Shown here: piece after piece, positions 9,583 to 18,432 of the stretch | Numbering within the stretch: position 1 is the first letter of the stretch | Layout: each line of letters starts with the position of its first letter | From: an uncultured Muribaculaceae bacterium | GTDB lineage: Bacteria > Bacillota_I > Bacilli_A > RF39 > UBA660 | DNA length: 35,049 bases | Reading direction: 5' to 3' | Assembly: GCA_964370615.1 (NCBI GenBank) | Contig: CAYJJY010000001.1 | Span: forward strand, 1 to 35,049 | Notes under the pieces: generated by a model | What the model saw: the letters and a program-made list of their open reading frames with translations, nothing else | The model's database searches: none | Told to the model about the DNA's origin: nothing | Made by a program: the position numbers and the translations under genes

Positions 9583-10041
9583 TTAGATATTAACTACTTC
9601 GATTTCATCAACTAATTCTAGTTGTGTTTCTAAAATATTTTTTAGTTTTCTTTTCAATAAAATCATATTTCTTTTTAAATTTTCTGTTTGTTTTTCAATT
9701 GTTTCTGATTCTAATAAAGCTTCATTTACGATTCGATTGGCATTTTTTTTAGCTTCGTTTATTAATAACTCACGTTCTTGAAAAGTTTGTAGTTTCATTT
9801 GTTCAGAAGTTTTTTCAATCATCATTAATGATTTTTTTAATGTTTCTTCTGTTTGTTCATAACGATTAATTTTTTCACTTAAACTTTTATTAATTAATTC
9901 TAATTGTCTAAGTTTTTTTAATTCTTCGTCTTTTTTATTACTCTCTTTTATGATTATTTCTACTTTACTAATGATATTATCAATAAAAGCATTTACTTCG
10001 TCAGGATCATATCCTCTTAGAGTTTTATTAAATTTTTGCAT
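9583..10041 (-). CDS. divIVA: DivIVA-domain cell-division protein
   Basis: N-terminus FNKTLRGYDPDEVNAFIDNI (DivIVA lipid-binding domain pattern) followed by coiled-coil sequence. Lies downstream of sepF. Confidence 0.85.
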   Translation of the reverse strand: MQKFNKTLRGYDPDEVNAFIDNIISKVEIIIKESNKKDEELKKLRQLELINKSLSEKINRYEQTEETLKKSLMMIEKTSEQMKLQTFQERELLINEAKKNANRIVNEALLESETIEKQTENLKRNMILLKRKLKNILETQLELVDEIEVVNI

Positions 10042-10061
10042 AATATCACCTCTAATTTATT

Positions 10062-10463
10062 CTACCACTCGATGTTTAAATCTTTATTATCGTGAATATC
10101 TTTTCCTTCTGTTTCATCTGTTATTTTTCCATTTACTTTAACATTATTTGGTGTACATAAAAATATACCACCACCTACTTTTTGGATGCTTCCGTCAATG
10201 GCGTAAATAGTTCCACTTAGAAAATCTATTATTCTTTTTGCCTGATCTGCTGTAACTCTTTTTAAGTTAACTACAACTGTATTTCTCTCTCTTAATTGAT
10301 TAGCTATTTGTTGTGTTTCTGAGAAAGCTCTTGGCTCTAGTAACACTAATTTTGTATTTCCATCTTCTTGAAGAATTTCTGATTTTTTTACTGCGTAATA
10401 TTGTTCACTAGTATTTTCATCAATTAGCTCTTCATCTGCTGTAAACCATTTTTTTAAATTCAT
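10062..10463 (-). CDS. sepF: cell division protein SepF
   Basis: C-terminal SepF core RAFSETQQIANQLRERNTVVVNLKRV...AKRIIDFLSGTIYAIDGSIQKVGGGIFLCTP. The ATG at 10463 (MNLKKWF) is preceded by TAAGGAGGAT; the longer track ORF start lacks an SD. Confidence 0.9.
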   Translation of the reverse strand: MNLKKWFTADEELIDENTSEQYYAVKKSEILQEDGNTKLVLLEPRAFSETQQIANQLRERNTVVVNLKRVTADQAKRIIDFLSGTIYAIDGSIQKVGGGIFLCTPNNVKVNGKITDETEGKDIHDNKDLNIEW

Positions 10464-10542
10464 ACCCGTTTTATCCTCCTTATGAAAATAGTTGCCTACT
10501 ATATTCATTTTATCACATTTTTTTTGAAATTAAAATATTTTT

Positions 10543-11895
10543 CTAGAAATATATTTTTTTAGAAATAAAGTCTTTTAAATCTTCTATTTTTATAGTTTCT
10601 TGTTCTTTTGTATCTCTATGTCTTACAGTTACTGTATTATTATTTAATGTATCATCATCTACTGTAACACAAAATGGTGTTCCAATTATATCGTTACGGT
10701 GATATCTTTTTCCAATTGTTGCAGCTTCATCGTAAGTCACCATAAAGTCTTTAGCTAATAAATCATATAATTCACAAGCTTTATCGCTGTGATATTTCTT
10801 AATTAGTGGTAGTACTGCTACTTTGTAAGGCGCTAATACTGGATGAATTTTTAAAACATCTCTATCACTTTCTTTAGTATATGCATCAAATAAAATTGTT
10901 AAGATACTTCTATCTACGCCATAAGTACTTTCAATAATATATGGTACATATTTTTCATTTGTTTCAGGATCTAGATAATTCATTGAAACACCACTATATT
11001 CTTGATGTCTTTTTAAATCAAAATCTGTTCTATTATGTGTACCATTTATCTCATCAAATCCCCATGGAAATTTATATTGGATGTCACAAGCTGCTTTAGC
11101 GTAGTGCGCTAATTTATCATGATCTTTAAATCTTAAATTTTCTTCTTTAATTCCTAAATCTATATAAAATTGTTTTCCATATTGTTTATAATATTCATAG
11201 ATTTCAGTGTCTTGACCTTCTTTACAAAATGTTTGGTATTCCATTTGTTCAAATTCGATGGTTCTAAAAGTAAAGTTACCTGGTGTGATTTCATTTCTAA
11301 ATGCTTTACCAATTTGTCCAATACTAAATGGTAATTTAGTTCGACTTGTTCTTAAAACATTTAAATAGTTAACATATTCTCCTTGAGCATTTTCTGGACG
11401 TAAATAAATTTTCAATTTACTATCTTCTGTTACTCCACGATATGTTTCAAACATTAGTTTAAATTCTCTAATGTCAGTAAAATTACTTTTACCACATTTT
11501 GGACATTTAACTTTATTTTCATTAATGTAATCAATCATTTCTTGGTGTGTTAGAGAATCTGCTGTTTCTAATCCAACATCTTCTAATAGTTTATCTGCTC
11601 TATGTCTCATTTTGCATTCTTTACAATCAATTAATGGATCTGAAAAACTACTTACATGCCCTGATGCTTCCCAAACTTTTGGATGCATTAAAATACTTGG
11701 GTCTAATTCATAAGCATTTTTTCTTTCTTGAATAAATCTTTTGCGCCATGCGTCTTTTAAATTGTTTTTTAATCTTGCTCCTAATGGTCCGTAATCCCAT
11801 GTGTTAGCAAGTCCATCATATATTTCACTTCCTTGGTAAACAAATCCATATTGTTTACAAAAAGTTACCAATTCTTCCATTGTTATTTTTTCCAT
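10543..11895 (-). CDS. glyQS: glycine--tRNA ligase (single-chain GlyQS type)
   Basis: 450 aa with class II aaRS motifs: GFVYQGSEIYDGLANTWDYGPLG, FRNEITPGNFTFRTIEFEQME, and a C-terminal anticodon-binding domain. SD TAGGAGGT. Confidence 0.96.
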   Translation of the reverse strand: MEKITMEELVTFCKQYGFVYQGSEIYDGLANTWDYGPLGARLKNNLKDAWRKRFIQERKNAYELDPSILMHPKVWEASGHVSSFSDPLIDCKECKMRHRADKLLEDVGLETADSLTHQEMIDYINENKVKCPKCGKSNFTDIREFKLMFETYRGVTEDSKLKIYLRPENAQGEYVNYLNVLRTSRTKLPFSIGQIGKAFRNEITPGNFTFRTIEFEQMEYQTFCKEGQDTEIYEYYKQYGKQFYIDLGIKEENLRFKDHDKLAHYAKAACDIQYKFPWGFDEINGTHNRTDFDLKRHQEYSGVSMNYLDPETNEKYVPYIIESTYGVDRSILTILFDAYTKESDRDVLKIHPVLAPYKVAVLPLIKKYHSDKACELYDLLAKDFMVTYDEAATIGKRYHRNDIIGTPFCVTVDDDTLNNNTVTVRHRDTKEQETIKIEDLKDFISKKIYF

Positions 11896-11947
11896 ATGTA
11901 CCTCCTATATAGTTTATTATTTTATATTTATATTGTATTTTAGTCAA

Positions 11948-13333
11948 CTATTTTTTTAAGATTGATGACAAAAATGATTTCTTTTTAATTAAAACTGTTC
12001 CAACGTGGTCAATATTGACATTAGTATATATTGTATCAGCTAAATTGCTTAAATCTCCATAAGCAATTTGATATTTGTCTTTTGTAAATTGTTCATCTTT
12101 GATTATAAATGGAACTTTTGAAGAGAAGTTTACTAAATGTTTTGTAATGTGGTCTTGTTTTATTTCTTTTTTTATTCCAAATAATGATGAGATAATAAGC
12201 GTTAGTTTTTTCTCTTCACAAACTTTTTCTAAAAGTTCAATTGTTTTATCAACTCTTTTTAAATTTTCTTTTAATTCATCTATGGTTGCACTTTTACTTA
12301 TATCATCATTAATTACAAATAAGTCATAATCAGGATTATCTGTAAATTTATTAAAGTATTCTATATTGGTTAAGTATTCAGTTTGAATTGGTGCGATAGC
12401 TACGTTAGGACTATTTTCTGATTTTAAACCATTTATAAAATAACTGATGTTATTTATTGTATCTGGTTGAGCTAAAATCAAGCTTTTTACTTGTAATTTA
12501 TTCAAATGATTTGCCATACATATATTAGAAGTTGGATAAGCAAATAATGGGTAATCTACTCCTGTTAATGGAAAAAAAGAATAAAAGTTGGTAATATTAT
12601 TATATGTTTTCATTCCATCAACAAAATCAGTACAATCAAATTTTTCGTAGTTTAAGAATAGTACGCATGATTTTTGGTCAAATTCAAATTTATCAACGTA
12701 GTAAAAAGGTTCTGCATCTTCTGGTTGAATTTTGGCATTACTTAAAGTTTCGAATTTTTTACCTAATTCCTTCCATTTTTCTCCTACCCCTTTATTTAAT
12801 ATTTGAAGATATGATTTGGGGTTGTTTTTAAGAATTTTTTTACCGGTAATTGTTTTGATTGGTAAATCTTTAAATGAATAACTTATTTTAGTAATTAAAT
12901 TATCAAAATTTTTATATTCATCTATATTTTTTGAATCTAATATGAAGTGAAGGTTAATATTTTTTTTATTTTTCTTTTGTAAGTATTCTGAAATTGCTCT
13001 TAAGTGTTCAAATGTTTTATTATTTTTTAAAAATACAAATAACTGAATTGTGAATGTTTCTGGTATTCTTTCCATTAAGCTTTTCATATTTGGATTTAAA
13101 TCTAAATCTTGGGTATATTGATTTAAAAATGGGTATGTTAAAGAATCTTTAGAACTAGTACTAAACTCACGATAACCACTATATAAATCTAGGTTGGTAC
13201 ATTCTATTTGTCCAAATAAATTTTTATTTATTAAACGGTCTAAATTTGGCATTAAATTTTGGTTATAAATATTAAAAGAGTCTTTCTGCTCTACTCCAAA
13301 TCCATTCATTAAATATACTAGTGTTTTCTTCAT
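11948..13333 (-). CDS. iPGM-like (alkaline-phosphatase superfamily) protein lacking catalytic residues; probable pseudoenzyme
   Basis: 461 aa, colinear by eye with cofactor-independent phosphoglycerate mutase. Examples: LVYLMNGFG vs LIILDGFG, LHFILDSKNIDEY vs LHLFGLLSDGGVHSH, LFVINDDISKSAT vs ILNFANPDMVGHSG, LIISSLFG vs IITADHGN. The metal and phosphoserine residues are replaced. Confidence 0.6.
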   Translation of the reverse strand: MKKTLVYLMNGFGVEQKDSFNIYNQNLMPNLDRLINKNLFGQIECTNLDLYSGYREFSTSSKDSLTYPFLNQYTQDLDLNPNMKSLMERIPETFTIQLFVFLKNNKTFEHLRAISEYLQKKNKKNINLHFILDSKNIDEYKNFDNLITKISYSFKDLPIKTITGKKILKNNPKSYLQILNKGVGEKWKELGKKFETLSNAKIQPEDAEPFYYVDKFEFDQKSCVLFLNYEKFDCTDFVDGMKTYNNITNFYSFFPLTGVDYPLFAYPTSNICMANHLNKLQVKSLILAQPDTINNISYFINGLKSENSPNVAIAPIQTEYLTNIEYFNKFTDNPDYDLFVINDDISKSATIDELKENLKRVDKTIELLEKVCEEKKLTLIISSLFGIKKEIKQDHITKHLVNFSSKVPFIIKDEQFTKDKYQIAYGDLSNLADTIYTNVNIDHVGTVLIKKKSFLSSILKK

Positions 13334-13369
13334 ATTTTACCCCTTTTCATTTTTATTCTTGTCTTTTAT

Positions 13370-13398
13370 ATTATATAAAATGATGAGAATAATGTCAA
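13370..13398 (-). promoter_or_regulatory. consensus sigma-A promoter upstream of the iPGM-like/glyQS unit
   Basis: Minus strand TTGACA, 17 nt, TATAAT (perfect hexamers), immediately downstream of the recO terminator. Confidence 0.7.
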
Positions 13399-13410
13399 TG
13401 TTATCTAAAA

Positions 13411-13436
13411 AATAAAAAAATGAACATTTAGTTCAT
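13411..13436 (-). terminator. intrinsic terminator after recO
   Basis: Minus strand ATGAAC-TAAAT-GTTCAT followed by TTTTTTTATTTTTT. The recO stop codon lies in the loop. Confidence 0.7.
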
Positions 13437-14153
13437 TATTTTTGAATTATTTATTAATTTTTTACTATTTAAATAAAGTCCTGTGTATCTTTCATAATAA
13501 CTATTTAAGAAGTCATCTATTTCTTTTTTGATGTTTTCTTTAATATCAACATTGGTTATTTTAGAAATATCTACATAATAAAACATTTGAATTAATTTTA
13601 AACTTTTATTATTTAATATTTTTTCATTTGTTATACATTTTTTGCATAGATATCCTTCATCAGAAATTGTTATTATTTCTTTATTTCCACATTTATAGCA
13701 ACTATCTAGAATTGGCATAACTCCTAAATAGTCTAAATATTTTAATTCTATTATATTAGTTATTACTGCTTCATCGTAGCCTTCATCAATTTTGGTTAAG
13801 GCTGATATTAATAAGTCATATATAACTAAATCATTACTTTGTTTTAAGACTTGAGTCGATAGTTCAAGTAAATATAAAGCATAAGTAATTTTTTTGATGT
13901 TTTTTTTAATGTTTTTGAATGAATCTATATTATCAACGTTGTTTAAAAGAGAAAGTTTATCTTTTTTATAAACTATTTGAAATTTAGCATATGTTAATCT
14001 ATCGGTATAGCTTCTTAGAGGAGATTTTAATCTTTTAGCTCCTTTAGCTAGAATTCCAATAATTCCATATTTTTTTGTTATCACATTTAAAATGATGCTG
14101 CTTTCTTTATAATTTACGGTACTAAAAATTATACCTTCTACTTCCTCAATCAA
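13428..14153 (-). CDS. recO: DNA repair protein RecO
   Basis: 241 aa with an N-terminal OB-fold pattern (EGIIFSTVNYKESSIILNVITKKYGIIGILAKGAKRLKSPLRS) and a CxxC...CxxC zinc motif (CYKCGN...CKKC). era-yqzL-recO synteny. Confidence 0.92.
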   Translation of the reverse strand: MIEEVEGIIFSTVNYKESSIILNVITKKYGIIGILAKGAKRLKSPLRSYTDRLTYAKFQIVYKKDKLSLLNNVDNIDSFKNIKKNIKKITYALYLLELSTQVLKQSNDLVIYDLLISALTKIDEGYDEAVITNIIELKYLDYLGVMPILDSCYKCGNKEIITISDEGYLCKKCITNEKILNNKSLKLIQMFYYVDISKITNVDIKENIKKEIDDFLNSYYERYTGLYLNSKKLINNSKIMN

Positions 14154-14355
14154 TTAATAAAAACCTTTTTCCGTGATAATTTTCTTTTTTTACCTCAGAT
14201 ACAAAATCTTTATAATCTCTTATCCAAACTACTTTGTCTTTTAAAGATTGATAAACAACAATATCTTTTAATGTTTCACAATCTTTAGCTAAGGCTATTA
14301 TTTGATATTCATTACCTTTAAAATGTTTGTATGTTTGTCCTACTTCTACTTCCAT
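14146..14355 (-). CDS. DUF1653 domain protein
   Basis: 69 aa; GQTYKHFKGNEYQIIALAKDCETLKDIVVYQSL...VWIRDYKDF fits the DUF1653 pattern. Overlaps the recO start by 8 nt. Confidence 0.75.
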   Translation of the reverse strand: MEVEVGQTYKHFKGNEYQIIALAKDCETLKDIVVYQSLKDKVVWIRDYKDFVSEVKKENYHGKRFLLID

Positions 14356-14356
14356 T

Positions 14357-14437
14357 TTAATTCTCCTTTTTGTAATTTAAATAATCTTCAATTTTTCCTG
14401 TTTTTTTAAATTTGTTCCATAAGTTTTCTTTTTTCAT
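14357..14437 (-). CDS. yqzL: YqzL-like small protein (26 aa; not in the ORF track)
   Basis: ATG at 14437 preceded by AGGTGAGGGAA. Encodes MKKENLWNKFKKTGKIEDYLNYKKEN. The W..F..TG.I..YL..K pattern and the position between era and recO match Bacillus yqzL. Confidence 0.5.
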   Translation of the reverse strand: MKKENLWNKFKKTGKIEDYLNYKKEN

Positions 14438-14476
14438 TTCCCTCACCTGTTAAGGTAATGGCTTTATTTTTATTTT

Positions 14477-15364
14477 TTATTCATCAAAATCAGAAAAACC
14501 AAACTCTTGTAAGTATTTTTCTTTATCGCGCCATTTTTTAATTGTTTTTACAAATAGTTCTAAGTAAATAGTGGCATTTAAATATTCTTCTAATTCTTTA
14601 CGTGCTTTTATTCCCACTTCTTTAATTTTTGATCCTTGATGCCCTATTATAATTTTTTTAAGAGAATCTCTATCTACTATTATTGAGGCATTTATAATAT
14701 ATTTATCTTTATCTTTTTTCATGTCTTCAACTATACATGTTACTGAATGTGGTACTTCTTCTGATGTTAAATTAAATACTTTTTCTCTGATAGTTTCAGC
14801 GATTATAAATTCTAATCTTTTATTTGTTATAGTATCATCGTCGTAATATTTTATTTCGTCTGGTAGGTAGTTTTTTAATACTTTTAATAAAGCTTCTGTG
14901 TTGTCTTTTTTCAATGCTGATAATGGTACTATTTCCGCAAATGGGTATAGATCTTTATATTCAACTATTTTAGTTAAGACGTCTGGTTTAGGCATTTTAT
15001 CAACTTTATTTAATACTAAGATAACTTTTTTTTCTGCTTCTTTTAATCTTTCTAGAACAAACATGTCACCTTTACCTAAACTTTCTGATGCATCAACTAA
15101 AAAAAGAATAACATCGACATCGTTGATTGAATAATATGCTTGTTGATTTAAATACTTTCCTAGTTTATGGTTAGGTTTGTGTATTCCAGGGGTATCAACG
15201 AAGACAATTTGTGTTTCTTCGTCGTTATATATTCCTTGAATTATGTTTCTTGTAGTTTGAGGCTTATTTGAAGTAATGGCTACTTTTTTACCAACTAAAC
15301 TATTTAATAATGTTGATTTCCCAACATTGGGTCTTCCAACTAAACTTACAAATCCACTTCTCAT
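14477..15364 (-). CDS. era: GTPase Era
   Basis: G1 GRPNVGKST, G3 DTPG, G4 NKVD and a C-terminal KH domain. TAATG overlap with the ybeY stop. Confidence 0.96.
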   Translation of the reverse strand: MRSGFVSLVGRPNVGKSTLLNSLVGKKVAITSNKPQTTRNIIQGIYNDEETQIVFVDTPGIHKPNHKLGKYLNQQAYYSINDVDVILFLVDASESLGKGDMFVLERLKEAEKKVILVLNKVDKMPKPDVLTKIVEYKDLYPFAEIVPLSALKKDNTEALLKVLKNYLPDEIKYYDDDTITNKRLEFIIAETIREKVFNLTSEEVPHSVTCIVEDMKKDKDKYIINASIIVDRDSLKKIIIGHQGSKIKEVGIKARKELEEYLNATIYLELFVKTIKKWRDKEKYLQEFGFSDFDE

Positions 15365-15807
15365 TATTTACCTCTTTCATATCCTAATTCTTTTAGAATT
15401 TTATTTTGATTTTCAAACATTTCTTTTTCGTCTTCTTCGTTCATATGGTCATAACCTAATAAATGGAGCATGCCATGAGTTGTTAAAAAAGCTAATTCTC
15501 TTTGTAAACTGTGATTATATTCTATAGCTTGTTCTTTAGCTTTATCGATTGATATATAGATATCTCCTAGCATTTTAATAGGTGTTTTAATATCTTGGAA
15601 ATCTTCTAGTGCGAATGAAATCACATCTGTTGGTTTATCAATATTTCGATATTGTTTATTTATTTGTTTTATTTGTTCGTTATCAATTATGATGACATTA
15701 AAAGCACTATCGTGTAAATCAAAATCATCTGTCATTTTTGTTAATACTTTTTCTATATCTTTTAGATACTTTATATCTTCATTAGTTTCATTAATTATAT
15801 CAAACAT
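15364..15807 (-). CDS. ybeY: rRNA maturation endoribonuclease YbeY
   Basis: 147 aa with the metal-binding motif HGMLHLLGYDH. Conserved position upstream of era. Confidence 0.95.
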   Translation of the reverse strand: MFDIINETNEDIKYLKDIEKVLTKMTDDFDLHDSAFNVIIIDNEQIKQINKQYRNIDKPTDVISFALEDFQDIKTPIKMLGDIYISIDKAKEQAIEYNHSLQRELAFLTTHGMLHLLGYDHMNEEDEKEMFENQNKILKELGYERGK

Positions 15808-16387
15808 AAATACCTCCTAAATAAATTGCTATTAAAACAATTAGTACGATTGTTATTATATTACAAATATAGCGTTTTTTCAAGAAAAATAGTTTGTCCA
15901 ATACTAAATAACTTAAATAACCTATTGTTCCACCAATAACGTTTAATAATATGTCATCGATATCAAAAACTCTACCTATTAATAATTGTGTTGTTTCAAT
16001 AGTTAAAGAGCTTAATAAAACCATTAATAATATGTATATATAATTTTTTATTTTCAAAAAATATGAGTAGTAAAATCCTAAGGGAACAAATAATAAAACA
16101 TTCCCTAGGACATTTCTAATAAAAGAACTACTTCCAAAATCATAGCGCGTAATTTCCTTAAATAAAACAAAATTATTTGTTGACCATGAAACATCTTGAA
16201 ATGTAACAATCTGAAATAAACAAATGCAATATATAATAAATGTCAAAATAATAAATTCTTTGTAAAAAATAAATTCTTTTTTATTTACTAAAATGTCATA
16301 TGCCTTGATTGTTATTACTATAACGCTACATATAAAAACTATTGGCCATGTACTTTCTATTATATCTATTACTATATCACGAATCAT
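15800..16387 (-). CDS. VanZ family membrane protein
   Basis: 195 aa, 5-6 TM segments; NVLLFVPLGFYY and ...DIDDILLNVIGGTIGY are typical VanZ-like segments. Confidence 0.75.
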   Translation of the reverse strand: MIRDIVIDIIESTWPIVFICSVIVITIKAYDILVNKKEFIFYKEFIILTFIIYCICLFQIVTFQDVSWSTNNFVLFKEITRYDFGSSSFIRNVLGNVLLFVPLGFYYSYFLKIKNYIYILLMVLLSSLTIETTQLLIGRVFDIDDILLNVIGGTIGYLSYLVLDKLFFLKKRYICNIITIVLIVLIAIYLGGIYV

Positions 16388-17531
16388 CTGTTACCTCCAT
16401 TATTGGTTGATATGCTGTTATATTCTCACATACTGCAAAAAATATTGTTAGTTTTACCCCTTTTTCATCCGTTGCTGTTTTTAATATTCTGGAAGAAATT
16501 ATATACTCCTCATCACTTAAATTACTAGAAATTTCATTTTCAGCTTTTATATAAGCTTTTTTTATAGTTTGTTCTAAGGTTAGAAATTGATTAATATTAA
16601 CTATTTCTATGTGCTTATCTTGGGAGATGGATAATGGTAAAATTTGATGTTCCCAAAGATAAATTTTTTCAGTTTTTTTATTTTGAAAAGTTTCTTTTGA
16701 ATAAAAATTATAGTTTAAAAAATTAAAAGTATATGTATTTATGAAATTGTTTGTTTCATAACTTTCACTATAGTAATATGGGTAATCAACATCTACAGTA
16801 TACCACACTTCGCCATAAACTTCACCTTCGGCTGGAATTGTATTTTTTATTTGATCGTTAAGATAAATATTTCCTGATATTACTACTTCACCTTTTTTCA
16901 CATAACTGTCGGTTGTTTTTAATTCTTCACCACTTTTGGTTATGATTTTCATTATAATAGCATCTTTGGCTGCTACTATATTTTGATTAGTTAATGGATT
17001 TATTTCTTCATTAATTGTTCTTTTTTCTACTCTAATGGTATAAGTTGTACCATTTTGAATAATTTCTAACCATTCAATTTTATCTTTATGATTATTTAGT
17101 ATTTCTTCTTTAATTATTTGTAATTCGGAAAAACTTTTTTTAGGATTATATATATCAATTTCATATTTTTTTAATTCTTCAATTAAGAAATTTCTTAACT
17201 CACTATCGCTATGAATTACTTCAACTTTAAATATTAAATTACTAAGATATAAAACTAAAATAATGCCTAAAACTATAAACAATGTTATAAATTTATGTTT
17301 GAAAATTTCTTTCCTAATTTTAATTATACCATAGATATTTTGTTCTGTAACTTCGTAAATAGTTTTTAATTCTAGTAATTGATGATAGTTTTTTTTATGA
17401 ATCAGTACTTCGTACTCGTTATAATTTAATCTTTTTAGCTTTAGTAAACTAATATTATTTTGATTTAATCTTTTTAAAAATCTTTCAATATTTTTTCCTT
17501 TTACATTTAAAAGTATCTTGCTTTCTAGCAT
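16377..17531 (-). CDS. yqfD: sporulation protein YqfD
   Basis: 384 aa with the YqfD architecture: an N-terminal cytoplasmic part, a single TM (FITLFIVLGIILVLYLSNLIF), then a large C-terminal domain. Immediately follows yqfC. Confidence 0.85.
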   Translation of the reverse strand: MLESKILLNVKGKNIERFLKRLNQNNISLLKLKRLNYNEYEVLIHKKNYHQLLELKTIYEVTEQNIYGIIKIRKEIFKHKFITLFIVLGIILVLYLSNLIFKVEVIHSDSELRNFLIEELKKYEIDIYNPKKSFSELQIIKEEILNNHKDKIEWLEIIQNGTTYTIRVEKRTINEEINPLTNQNIVAAKDAIIMKIITKSGEELKTTDSYVKKGEVVISGNIYLNDQIKNTIPAEGEVYGEVWYTVDVDYPYYYSESYETNNFINTYTFNFLNYNFYSKETFQNKKTEKIYLWEHQILPLSISQDKHIEIVNINQFLTLEQTIKKAYIKAENEISSNLSDEEYIISSRILKTATDEKGVKLTIFFAVCENITAYQPIMEVTDDS

Positions 17532-17535
17532 TTCA

Positions 17536-17775
17536 TCACCTAAATTCTATTTTTTCGATATTACCTTCTATTAAGATTTCTTTATCTAATAATTTTGAAA
17601 CTGATAGTTTTTTACCGGTTATAATCATGTGTTTATTAGGGATTAATAGATTTATTTTATTGTCATTTAAATCTAGTATTTCTAGATAATTTATTATGTT
17701 AATTTTATTGTTTTCATATATGGTTTTAAAGTTTTTTTCTAATATAAATTCATTGATTTGGTTTAAAAATTTCAT
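17536..17775 (-). CDS. yqfC: sporulation protein YqfC (YabP/YqfC family)
   Basis: 79 aa; ...MIITGKKLSVSKLLDKEILIEGNIEKIEF fits the YabP/YqfC pattern. SD TAGGTGAGAAG. Confidence 0.8.
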   Translation of the reverse strand: MKFLNQINEFILEKNFKTIYENNKINIINYLEILDLNDNKINLLIPNKHMIITGKKLSVSKLLDKEILIEGNIEKIEFR

Positions 17776-17848
17776 CTTCTCACCTATACTATTTTATGTT
17801 TTTTATAAGGGGGAAATGTATAAAAAAAAGATATCTTTGGTGAACAAA

Positions 17849-18070
17849 CTATTTTAGTGTTAAAAAAATGGTTTGAATCATCTCAAAGGTATCTAAAGCT
17901 TTACTTAATTTGTCACTGGTTTTTAGTTTATAATTTTTTTTCATTTCTTCTTCAAAACTTATAAATAAATTAGGGTCACGATTTAAATATTTATACCAGG
18001 TAGAGTTTTCTCTTAAATATTTTAAATAATTGGGATTTTTTTTTAATTTATATTGTAGTTCTAAGGTCAT
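17849..18070 (-). CDS. YlbE-like protein
   Basis: 73 aa; ...NPNYLKYLRENSTWYKYLNRDPNLFISFEEEMKKNYK fits the YlbE-like pattern. Start overlaps the ylbD-like stop. Confidence 0.65.
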   Translation of the reverse strand: MTLELQYKLKKNPNYLKYLRENSTWYKYLNRDPNLFISFEEEMKKNYKLKTSDKLSKALDTFEMIQTIFLTLK

Positions 18071-18432
18071 TAATCATCTAAATGTTTATATAGTGGTCGT
18101 GGTCGATATCCGGTTTCTTTGACTGGTTCTTCTTTACTTGAAAACCCTTCTACTACACCTAATATTTTTTGAATATTATTAACTCCGGATTGGACGTTGT
18201 CTAAATTTAAATTTTTAACCCAATTTAAAATGTCATTTACCCCTAATATTGTAGATGTTGCAGCTACTTCTTTTATTGGTGGTGTTAAATAATCTTTCCA
18301 AGTCGTTTCTTCTTCCCCGTATAAATCATACATTTCATAAAATTGTTGCCATGTTTTTTCATTGTTTTTAACATACTGTAACAATTTTGGATTTTTTTTA
18401 ACAAACTCTTTAAATAATTCTAACTTACCCAT
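18070..18432 (-). CDS. YlbD-like (putative coat protein) family protein
   Basis: FKEFVKKNPKLLQYVKNNEKTWQQFYEMYDLYGEEETTWKDY fits the YlbD-like pattern. The ATG at 18432 is preceded by TAGGTGAGAAGC; the track start at 18441 is a GTG inside the SD. Confidence 0.65.
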   Translation of the reverse strand: MGKLELFKEFVKKNPKLLQYVKNNEKTWQQFYEMYDLYGEEETTWKDYLTPPIKEVAATSTILGVNDILNWVKNLNLDNVQSGVNNIQKILGVVEGFSSKEEPVKETGYRPRPLYKHLDD

